Of a DNA stretch of 64,000 bases, positions 48,314 to 56,798 are shown piece by piece. The translations under genes and the position numbers were made by a program. The notes under the pieces are model-generated. The model did no database searches. It was not told the DNA's origin and worked only from the letters and a program-made list of their open reading frames with translations. Positions within the stretch are counted from its first letter, which is position 1, and the number at the start of each line of letters is the position of its first letter. This DNA is from Spirochaetia bacterium (GTDB taxonomy: Bacteria; Spirochaetota; Spirochaetia; DSM-2461). Where the stretch lies: NCBI GenBank assembly GCA_963668315.1, contig OY764216.1, forward strand, positions 5,440,001-5,504,000. Direction: 5' to 3'.

Positions 48314-50146
48314 ATGACAAAGCGGCCCGATCACGCGTCTGACTGCCCCAAACCGCCCAAAACCGGCAACTCCGACCGGGGCGATGCGACCGATGCCGAA
48401 CGAATGTCAGCCTGGACCAGCCTGGCCTGGATCGTCGGCCGCATCCACGGCAAACCACTTCTGCTCGCTCTCTTGATTGCTTCTCAGGCAGCAACCGGAC
48501 TGGTGCCGTGGTGCCTCGGTCGGGTTGTCGACAGCCTGGGAACTCATCGCACCGGCAACCCCATTGCCATGGCACTGGCCGTCCTCGGCGTCTGCAGCCT
48601 TGGGGGCGTGGTCCTTCGTCGGCTCTTCGAACACCGGTTTCGCACGGCAATGCGACGCGTCGAACTCGCCCTCAGAAACGAAGTTTGGGATACGCTGCAA
48701 ATGCTCTCCCTTCGCACAATCGAAGAGCTTCCCCAGGGCGCGACGCTCAGCAAGATACTCCGTGACACGTCAATCGTTGCCCAAGCAGTTCAGCCCCTGA
48801 TCCGGGCGGCCTTCGCCGCGTCGCTGATGGGCTGCGTTGCCATCATCTCCGCCGGCGCGAAAGCGCCGCTGGTGGCTTTGGCCCTGGCTGCCATGTTGCC
48901 CTTGTACTATTGGCTCCTGCGCAGAGACGTCGCAAACGTTCAGACCGCGAATCACGGATTTCGACTCGGCATCGAAAGGCTTTCCGAAAACGTCTCGCAG
49001 CAGTTGGCAATGCTCCCCTTTCTGCGAGCGACGGCCGCATCCGGCGACGTCCGCCCGATCGTTGACGACGCCATGCGAGAGACGCGCCGCGCCGGCGAGA
49101 ACCTTGACGGGGCATCCGTCGACATGGAGTTTCGACTCGGTTTCCTGCTTACCGGCAGCCAATTTGCCGTTCTGGCCTTGTGCGGCTGGCTGGCATGGAA
49201 CGGCACGCTCACTGTCGGCGACGTGGTCGCCTACTACATGCTGTGTAACTTCGCCTTGGGAGCGTTTATTCAGGCCGTCGGCCTGCTGCCCAACCTCCAT
49301 GCCGTTCAGGAATCATGCCATTCGCTGCAGGAACTGCTCACCCGTCCCGGCGAGGAATGCGACGAAGGACGTCTCCAAATCGCAAACGTCCGTGGCGGTG
49401 TCCGCATTCAGAACCTCGAATTTCGCTACGACCACCACGGAGCAGAAATCCTCTCCCATGTGTCGCTGTCCATCGGACCTCGTGAAACCGTCGCGGTTGT
49501 CGGCCCAAGCGGCAGTGGAAAAACCACGCTGGCACGACTTCTGCTCGGATACGACCATCCAACAGCCGGGACGCTCGAAATCGGCGGTCACGACATCCGC
49601 AATCTCCACCGCGACGGTCTCCGCCGAAAGATCGCCTTGGTGCCCCAGGATGTCGAACTCTTTCGGGGAACGCTCCGCGACAACATCACGCTGCTTTCTC
49701 CGAAGGTGAGTGAGGAACAACTGGCCCGAGCCATCGACATTGCAGGGCTGAAGAGAGTCTTCCATCATCATCCGGCCGGGTTGGACACCGTTGTTGGTCC
49801 CGGCGGCGTTGAATTGTCCGGCGGAGAACGTCAGCGGGTTGCCATCGCCAGGGCAGTTGTCCGAGATGCCGACCTGATCATCCTGGACGAAATGGCCCAC
49901 AGGCTCGACGTGGCTGCCCGCGATGAAATCCTGCAGAAGATGCGAGCCTACTGCAAAACGAAGAGCGTGCTTCTGATCACCCACCAGTCGGAAATGCTCG
50001 ACATGGCCGATCGGGTCTTCGTACTCTGTGATGGGAATGTGACTCAAGTCGACAACCGTACTGCATGCACCGGCTTCGCTCCCCTGGTCAAGAGTCGCAA
50101 GCAAGAAGAGAGATACGGCATTTCTGACGCGCCGCTTTGCTCCTAG
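48314..50146 (+). CDS. ABC exporter, fused permease/ATPase, without a C39 peptidase domain
   Basis: TM helices; GPSGSGKT, LSGGERQR, IILDE, ITH. Confidence 0.92.
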   Translation: MTKRPDHASDCPKPPKTGNSDRGDATDAERMSAWTSLAWIVGRIHGKPLLLALLIASQAATGLVPWCLGRVVDSLGTHRTGNPIAMALAVLGVCSLGGVVLRRLFEHRFRTAMRRVELALRNEVWDTLQMLSLRTIEELPQGATLSKILRDTSIVAQAVQPLIRAAFAASLMGCVAIISAGAKAPLVALALAAMLPLYYWLLRRDVANVQTANHGFRLGIERLSENVSQQLAMLPFLRATAASGDVRPIVDDAMRETRRAGENLDGASVDMEFRLGFLLTGSQFAVLALCGWLAWNGTLTVGDVVAYYMLCNFALGAFIQAVGLLPNLHAVQESCHSLQELLTRPGEECDEGRLQIANVRGGVRIQNLEFRYDHHGAEILSHVSLSIGPRETVAVVGPSGSGKTTLARLLLGYDHPTAGTLEIGGHDIRNLHRDGLRRKIALVPQDVELFRGTLRDNITLLSPKVSEEQLARAIDIAGLKRVFHHHPAGLDTVVGPGGVELSGGERQRVAIARAVVRDADLIILDEMAHRLDVAARDEILQKMRAYCKTKSVLLITHQSEMLDMADRVFVLCDGNVTQVDNRTACTGFAPLVKSRKQEERYGISDAPLCS

Positions 50147-50361
50147 GCAGCCGTGGCCATGGATCACGGCATTTCCGGAGCCCCGACCGTCCTGCTGGGA
50201 AGAGTGGATGCTGGAGAGCGAGCCAGGCGAAGTCTGGAGGAGCCCTTCGGATGGGTGTCTTGTGCTCCGCGCGGGTCGGTTGTGGTCTTCCGAAAACTCA
50301 GCACGACGGGCGAAGTCCGTGGACAATACGGGACTATTCACGATTTCCCGCCCGTTTCCCC

Positions 50362-50426
50362 TTGCAAACTGACTGCACGGTCATATACTGAATATACAGT
50401 TCAGTCATTACCTGACCCTCTAGTCA
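50362..50426 (+). promoter_or_regulatory. Sigma70-like promoter overlapped by putative TetR operators
   Basis: TTGCAA(50362)-N16-TATACT(50384); TGAC-N6-GTCA at 50370 and 50413, variant ATAC-N6-GTCA at 50394. Confidence 0.7.
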
Positions 50427-50457
50427 CCACCCCTTGCAGGGGCAGGAGGAGGCTTCC

Positions 50458-51048
50458 ATGGCACGGCTTCTGGAGCAGCGGAAACGGTTCACGAAAAACG
50501 CGATCTATGACGCCGCCATTGGGATCCTCACCCACGAGGGGTTCGATGCAATGACCATGGAACGTGTCGCTGAGGTTGCGGGCGTCGCCAAGGGCAGTGT
50601 CTACAACTACTTCCCCAACAAGCAGGAGCTTGCTCGCTTCGTTTTCACCAACACTATCGATCCACTCGCCGAAACCATCGAAGGGATTGCGAATCGGGAC
50701 CTACCGGCCCTCGAGAAACTCCGCCAGATTCTGCGGACGTGGTTCCAGTACGTGAACGAGCATCGCGGGGTGGTCAATATGCTGTTCAACGACCACGCAT
50801 TTCAGAAGCTGTTGAAGATGGTAGACCCGCCACCGAGGAACAAGCCAATCGGCCGCTTTGACGCGATTATCCGACAGGGAATCGAAGAAGGCGTTTTTCG
50901 CGCCGTTGATGCTCGCGAATACGCGAGGTTGTTGTTCGTCGTCGTTTGCGAAACTTGCGACGAACACGTTGCCCGACAAGAGACGTGGGGCATCGAAGAT
51001 TCGGTCGACCTTGTCATGGACTTCTTCCTTCATGGCGCCGGCAAGTAA
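50458..51048 (+). CDS. TetR/AcrR family regulator
   Basis: AGGAGG RBS; HTH TMERVAEVAGVAKGSVYNYFPNKQEL. Confidence 0.95.
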   Translation: MARLLEQRKRFTKNAIYDAAIGILTHEGFDAMTMERVAEVAGVAKGSVYNYFPNKQELARFVFTNTIDPLAETIEGIANRDLPALEKLRQILRTWFQYVNEHRGVVNMLFNDHAFQKLLKMVDPPPRNKPIGRFDAIIRQGIEEGVFRAVDAREYARLLFVVVCETCDEHVARQETWGIEDSVDLVMDFFLHGAGK

Positions 51049-51322
51049 TCGAGGGGAAGGATGGACCACGGGAAGAACCGGCATCGCAAGCGAGCAGATG
51101 TCTATTGGAGGTCGCCAATCTGACGGTCGGTTCGTGGTCCACGTTCGAACCGCTGTGCCCTCTCAGCGGCCCCCAATTCAAGGCTCAGCAGCCACCTTGA
51201 CTGAGACGTGATTCGCAGTGATCTTGCGGCGTTGCGTCCCACGGCGCACAGGCTGCGCAAAATGATCGGTCTTTCAATACACCGCGAAAAAACGGAACGC
51301 TTCATTGAAGAAGGAGTATCGT

Positions 51323-52720
51323 GTGAATCGGAAGAGGAAAGGTGCCTTATCGTGCAGAATTCTCTGGATTGTCAGCGCGGCATTCGCTGCCGCTGTTGTC
51401 ATTGGAGTCGGGCTACCGAGGGCAGGTTCGCATCTGTTCTTCTCCAAGACGAACGAGCCCGGCACATCCGCGATGAAAACAGGACTTCGTCGGGTGCTGA
51501 CCGAGACGGTTTCGGACCACGCCGAAGCCGATTTGACGACGTTTCCGGGAGCAACCAAGGCTTCCCAAGCGTCTGACCTGGCATTTCGTGTCGGGGGACC
51601 GTTGATTGAGGTCAAGGTGAAGCCTGGAGATCACGTCTCACGGGGCGACGTGCTTATGCGCATCGATCCACGGGATTTCGAGACAGCAGCCAAGGCTGCC
51701 GAGGCAACCCTTGTCTCGGCGCAAGCCAAGCTCAAGGCCATGAAAGAGGGGGCGCGCGAGGAGGATATCCGCGTCCTGGAGGCGAAGCTTGCTGCCGGGA
51801 AGGCGCGTCGTGACTATGTGGAAAAGAACCACGTCCGCTACGGGGAACTTGTCAAGAAGAACGCGATTGCACGGCAGCAGATGGACAGCATCGAGGCTGA
51901 ACTCGAAGCCGCCGTTGAGGACGTTCGTGCTCTTGAGAAGGAGTTGGAAAAGGCCCAGAGAGGCGCTCGCCTTGAGGACATCCAGGCCATGGAAGCGGAC
52001 ATCCGTGGAATGGAAGCACAGCTTCAAGCGGCCCGGGACGCGTTGGAGGACACCCGGCTGCTGGCCCCTTTTGACGGTACGGTCACACAACAACTCGTCG
52101 AGAACCATGAACAGGTTGCCGCCGGCCAGGTTGTGGTCGGCATGCACAACGTCTCCACAATCGAAATTGAGGTCGACCTGCCCGAAAAAGAACTCGTCCA
52201 TCGCCGTCCAGGGGACGGATTTGCTGCATCCGTACGTTTTGCAGCGGTAGGCAACCGTCTCTTCGAAGCGACGCTTCACGAAATGAACACCAAAGCCGAT
52301 CAGGCAACAAAGACCTACAAAGTGACCTTTGCGATGCCCGCCCCCAACGATGTCACGATTCTCCCGGGCATGGTGGCGGAAGTTCAACTTGAATCACGCG
52401 CCAATGAAGACTCCGGTGGGCCCAAGGCGATGGTTCCCGCCGCGGCCGTCATGGGCAATCAACACGGCAACCGATTCGTTTGGGTCGTTGCCGACGATTC
52501 GACCGTTCAGCATCGCAACGTGGAACTCGGCTGGCTCTCGTCGAACAACCGCTACATCGTCCAATCGGGTATTCACCAAGGCGAACGCGTGGTCATCTCC
52601 GGGGCAGCGTTTCTCCACAATGGCGAACAGGTACTCGCGGAAGACACAGACACGACACCGAAAACGGCTTCTCACAACCAGTTGAAACCTCGCCCCTCGG
52701 CACAGCCACATGGCTGTTAA
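51323..52720 (+). CDS. RND efflux periplasmic adaptor (MFP)
   Basis: TM anchor, LAFRVGG...VKPGD, coiled coil, LLAPFDG, ILPGM; start inferred from AGGAG. Confidence 0.92.
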   Translation: MNRKRKGALSCRILWIVSAAFAAAVVIGVGLPRAGSHLFFSKTNEPGTSAMKTGLRRVLTETVSDHAEADLTTFPGATKASQASDLAFRVGGPLIEVKVKPGDHVSRGDVLMRIDPRDFETAAKAAEATLVSAQAKLKAMKEGAREEDIRVLEAKLAAGKARRDYVEKNHVRYGELVKKNAIARQQMDSIEAELEAAVEDVRALEKELEKAQRGARLEDIQAMEADIRGMEAQLQAARDALEDTRLLAPFDGTVTQQLVENHEQVAAGQVVVGMHNVSTIEIEVDLPEKELVHRRPGDGFAASVRFAAVGNRLFEATLHEMNTKADQATKTYKVTFAMPAPNDVTILPGMVAEVQLESRANEDSGGPKAMVPAAAVMGNQHGNRFVWVVADDSTVQHRNVELGWLSSNNRYIVQSGIHQGERVVISGAAFLHNGEQVLAEDTDTTPKTASHNQLKPRPSAQPHGC

Positions 52721-52878
52721 GAGGTGGCAGAAAGACCGCATCCAACCTTCGCCACCGAGAACCGTCGCGACGCACGCCCCAAATACCGGTGAGTTGTCTT
52801 TGCGCTGATGCTGGATGCAGCCCTCGACACGTCACCGCCACGCGGAGCACCGCGGACTGACAGAAACAGGCAGAATTC

Positions 52879-55800
52879 GTGAATCCCGCCAAGATCGCAC
52901 TCAACAACCGAATATCGGTCATCGTACTGACACTCGTAGTCGCAGTTGTCGGCATCCGTTCCTACTTTCGTCTTGGGAGGCTGGAGAATCCGGATTTCGT
53001 TATTAAGACAGCTCTGATCTACACGGCCTACCCCGGTGCGTCTGCCGAGGAAGTCGAGCAAGAAGTGACCGACGTCATCGAGGAGGCCATCCAGTCCCTC
53101 GGGGAACTCGATGAAATCAGTTCCACCTCCATGGACGGCCTGTCGGTGGTCGAAGCGGAGATGAAGTCCAAATTCTCCGGGAACCGATTGCAGCAAGTTT
53201 GGGACAAACTGCGCCGGAAAGTGAGCGATGCCCAGGGATCTCTCCCACCAGGGGCCGGACCGTCTGTTGTGAACGACGATTTCGGCGACGTCTACGGGCT
53301 TTTCTACGCCATCTCGGGAGACGAGTACAGTTATGAAGCGTTGAAGGAGTATGGCGAGGACATCAAGAAGGAACTGCTCCTTTGTGACGACGTGGCGAAA
53401 ATCGACTTCTGGGGACTTCAGCCGGAAGTCATCTACATCGAAGTGTCCCAGGAACGGATGGCCGAACTTGGAATCTCACCGCAATCGATCGTGAACATCG
53501 TGCGGTCCCAGAACGTCGTACAGCCTTCAGGAAAGGTGCGAGTCGACGGCGACTACATTCGCATCGAGCCGACGGGAGACTTCAGTTCCGAACAACGTAT
53601 TGGCGACCTCCTGATCACCCCCACGGTGACGGGCGGCACGATTCGCCTCAGTGACATCGCCACCATACGACGCGGCTATGCCGATCCGCCCCGCCAATTG
53701 ATGCGTTTCAACGGCCACCACTGCGTCGGCATGGGCATTTCGACCGTGGTCGGAGGGAACGCAGTGACCATGGCGAATTCCGTCAAGGCGAGATTGAAGG
53801 AGCTCGCGTCCCTTCGCCCGCCCGGAATGAACATCGACACCATTTACGATCAGGGCGGCCTTGTCGACAAAGCGGTGAACGGTTTTGTACTCAACCTGGC
53901 CGAGTCCGTTGTGATCGTCGTCGTCCTTCTGCTCCTGTTTATGGGACTGCGGAGCGGCCTGATCATTGGGGCGGTGCTGTTCCTCACCATTCTGGCAACG
54001 TTCGTCTACATGGAAGTTGCCGGGATCGCCTTGCAGAAAATCTCTCTTGGTGCACTGATCATTGCGTTGGGGATGCTTGTCGACAACGCCATCGTTATCG
54101 TCGAGGGTGTGCTCATCAAGTCGCAGCAGGGGATCGACCGAGTGACTGCGGCAATCCAGACCGTTGGCCAGACGCAGATTCCTCTGCTCGGCGCAACGTT
54201 CATCGCCGCCTTGGCTTTTGCCGCGATCGGGTTTGCTCCCGGAAATACCGGTGAATTCTGCTCCTCCCTCTTCTGGGTCCTCGGCATTTCCTTGCTGCTC
54301 AGTTGGGTGACGGCGGTGAGCGTGACCCCGCTCTTGTGTGTCTGGTTCTTGAAGACACCTGCCGCAACGAACAACGACCCCTACGACAAGTTCTTCTTCC
54401 GCGTGTACCGCCGAGTGCTGCATGCCACACTGCATTTCTGGCCTGTAACACTGGGCGCCATCGTCGCGGTGGTTGTTGCGGCGGGAATCGCATTCCGATT
54501 CGTACCCGTGTTCTTCTTTCCCGATTCGACACAACCTTTCTTCCTGCTCGACTTCTATCACGCGGAGGGAACCCATATCGAGAAGACCTCCGAGAGCCTG
54601 CAGAGAATCGAGGAGTTTCTCAGCAAGGAGCCGTCGGTTGTTCGCACGACCACCTTCGTGGGGCAAGGGGCCCTGCGATTCATCTTGTCCTATTCTCCCG
54701 AAGACCCGAACAGCAGTTACGGCCAGATTGTGGTCACCTTTTCCGACGCGGCGGGGATGGAGGCTGCCCGGGAACGCCTCGCGACTTTTCTTCGTGAGAG
54801 TTTCGAAGATGCGGAGTGGAAAATCGAGCGAGTCCCCGAGGGTCCAACCTACGACTACGACATCGAAGCGAGATTTCGCGGACCGGACAAGGCCGTGCTG
54901 CATGACCTCGCGGATCAGGCCAAGGAGATCATGAGACGCTTTCCAACGGACAACGTTCGTGACAACTGGCGCAATCCGGTATGTGTTCTTCGGCCCGAGT
55001 TCGCCGAATCGGTGGCGAGAAAGACCGGCTTGACACAAAGCGATCTGGCCTATGTTCTGGCGATGAACTTCGGTGGACAACAGATCGGCATCTACCGCGA
55101 GAACAACGATCTTCTACCCATCACCTTGCGATCTCCCGCCGACCAGCATGATAGCTATGCCGATGCGCGACGCATCCATGCATGGAGCCAGATTCATGGG
55201 CGCGCCGTGCCTCTTGACGTGATCGTGAGCGAGTGGACCAAGAACTCGGTATGGGAAGACTCCTTGCTCAAACGGCGTTTCCGTCAACGGGAGATCACGG
55301 CCCAATGCAACGCACGAGGCGGATATGCATCCGCCCTCTTCCAACAAATAGGGCCCCTCATTGAGGGCATCGAACTACCACCAGGATACACACTCCGGTG
55401 GGGTGGCGAGTACGAAACGGCAATGGAAGGTCAGGAGCCCCTAGCGGCCATGTTTCCCCTTTGCCTCCTCACGATGTTTCTCATCCTGATCCTGATGTTC
55501 AACGCGTTGCGAGAACCGCTGATCATCTTCCTTTGCCTGCCCTTGATCGTTGTCGGCGTTGCCGCCGGGCTGCTCCTCAGTGGTTTGCCATTCGGGTTCA
55601 TGGCGATCCTGGGCTTCCTGGGACTAACGGGCATGTTGATCAAGAACGCGATCGTGCTGATCGACGAAATCGACGCCAACAAAGCGTTGGGCCTTGCGCC
55701 GTACAGATCCGTCCTGGATGCCGCCACAAGCCGTCTCAGACCGGTCACCATGGCATCGGGAACAACGGTCCTGGGAATGACGCCTTTGCTCTGGGATCCG

Positions 55801-55941
55801 TTCTATTGCAGTATGGGAGCAACCGTTGCCGGCGGGCTGATCGGCTCGACAATTCTCGTCCTGCTGGTGGTCCCCTTATTCTACGTCTTGTTTTTCCGTA
55901 TCAAGCCGCAGTGCCCGTTGTCTCCGCCGAAATCTGCCTGA
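52879..55941 (+). CDS. AcrB/AcrD/AcrF family RND transporter
   Basis: 1020 aa; YPGASAEEVEQEVT, GMLVDNAIV, IKNAIVL, RLRPV. Confidence 0.95.
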   Translation: MNPAKIALNNRISVIVLTLVVAVVGIRSYFRLGRLENPDFVIKTALIYTAYPGASAEEVEQEVTDVIEEAIQSLGELDEISSTSMDGLSVVEAEMKSKFSGNRLQQVWDKLRRKVSDAQGSLPPGAGPSVVNDDFGDVYGLFYAISGDEYSYEALKEYGEDIKKELLLCDDVAKIDFWGLQPEVIYIEVSQERMAELGISPQSIVNIVRSQNVVQPSGKVRVDGDYIRIEPTGDFSSEQRIGDLLITPTVTGGTIRLSDIATIRRGYADPPRQLMRFNGHHCVGMGISTVVGGNAVTMANSVKARLKELASLRPPGMNIDTIYDQGGLVDKAVNGFVLNLAESVVIVVVLLLLFMGLRSGLIIGAVLFLTILATFVYMEVAGIALQKISLGALIIALGMLVDNAIVIVEGVLIKSQQGIDRVTAAIQTVGQTQIPLLGATFIAALAFAAIGFAPGNTGEFCSSLFWVLGISLLLSWVTAVSVTPLLCVWFLKTPAATNNDPYDKFFFRVYRRVLHATLHFWPVTLGAIVAVVVAAGIAFRFVPVFFFPDSTQPFFLLDFYHAEGTHIEKTSESLQRIEEFLSKEPSVVRTTTFVGQGALRFILSYSPEDPNSSYGQIVVTFSDAAGMEAARERLATFLRESFEDAEWKIERVPEGPTYDYDIEARFRGPDKAVLHDLADQAKEIMRRFPTDNVRDNWRNPVCVLRPEFAESVARKTGLTQSDLAYVLAMNFGGQQIGIYRENNDLLPITLRSPADQHDSYADARRIHAWSQIHGRAVPLDVIVSEWTKNSVWEDSLLKRRFRQREITAQCNARGGYASALFQQIGPLIEGIELPPGYTLRWGGEYETAMEGQEPLAAMFPLCLLTMFLILILMFNALREPLIIFLCLPLIVVGVAAGLLLSGLPFGFMAILGFLGLTGMLIKNAIVLIDEIDANKALGLAPYRSVLDAATSRLRPVTMASGTTVLGMTPLLWDPFYCSMGATVAGGLIGSTILVLLVVPLFYVLFFRIKPQCPLSPPKSA

Positions 55942-55974
55942 CACGTGGCCAAATGCTGAACAGGAGCCGTCGTC

Positions 55975-56769
55975 ATGAGACCCTTTGACAACAAGCCGGA
56001 AGGGGCATCATTCTTCGCCGTGCAAGACCATGGCGATGTCACTGTCTTGAGACTCGGAATACACGTTCCCGAGCATATGACAGATCTCCGTGAAACCGAT
56101 CGACTGTGGGACTTCCTGGCAGGTCGTCACGGTCAGGCCAAGAAGGTTCTCCTGATCACGAGCGAGCCAGAAACGCTCGCTCCGGCAAGCTTGGACGAGT
56201 TCTGGACACATGTCCACAAGGATGAAGCCAAGGGCCGGTTGCCTGAATCGCAAATCGCCGCTGACGTTGCGATTGCGAGGGAAGAGAATGCATTCCGACA
56301 CTTCGTAGAACTCCTCCGGAACAGTGAGAGCTTTGTGATTTCTGCCGTTCAGGGGCAATGCGACTTCAGCTTCTTGGGCGGGATACTGGCCAGCGACTAT
56401 CGCATCGCTTCGGAGGATACGGCCTTCATCAATCGGCTGTTCAGATCCGAAACGACCGTGGGAGTGCTCCCGTGGTTCCTGTCACGCTTTCTCGGACACG
56501 CCGAGGCCGCTGACATCCTCCTCGAAGGTCGCTCCCTCACGGCCACGGAGGCCTATGATCTGAAACTGGTGAACAAACTCGTTCCCTCCGATTGCTTCGA
56601 GCAAATGGTGTTCGACGTGGCCGAGCGTTTTGCCTCCATTCCAACGCACGCCCTCCGCTCGCTGAAACGGAGTCTTGTTGCTTCCGTGGAGGGCCTTGCA
56701 GCATACCTCGACAGGATCGGGACAGGATTTCAATACCGTGCGAGGCTTCCTCAAAACGACCCTTGGTAG
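55975..56769 (+). CDS. Divergent enoyl-CoA hydratase/isomerase (crotonase-fold) protein
   Basis: ISAVQG...LASDYRIASED, ILLEGRSLTATEAYDLKLVNKLVP. Confidence 0.75.
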   Translation: MRPFDNKPEGASFFAVQDHGDVTVLRLGIHVPEHMTDLRETDRLWDFLAGRHGQAKKVLLITSEPETLAPASLDEFWTHVHKDEAKGRLPESQIAADVAIAREENAFRHFVELLRNSESFVISAVQGQCDFSFLGGILASDYRIASEDTAFINRLFRSETTVGVLPWFLSRFLGHAEAADILLEGRSLTATEAYDLKLVNKLVPSDCFEQMVFDVAERFASIPTHALRSLKRSLVASVEGLAAYLDRIGTGFQYRARLPQNDPW

Positions 56770-56798
56770 GATGGTGGACTCGTTTTCCGGATGCCCCC

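Noticed and set aside
51255..51282. GCGCAA upstream of the MFP gene as a promoter copy
   Set aside because: The element at 16-nt spacing is ATACAC, which does not match
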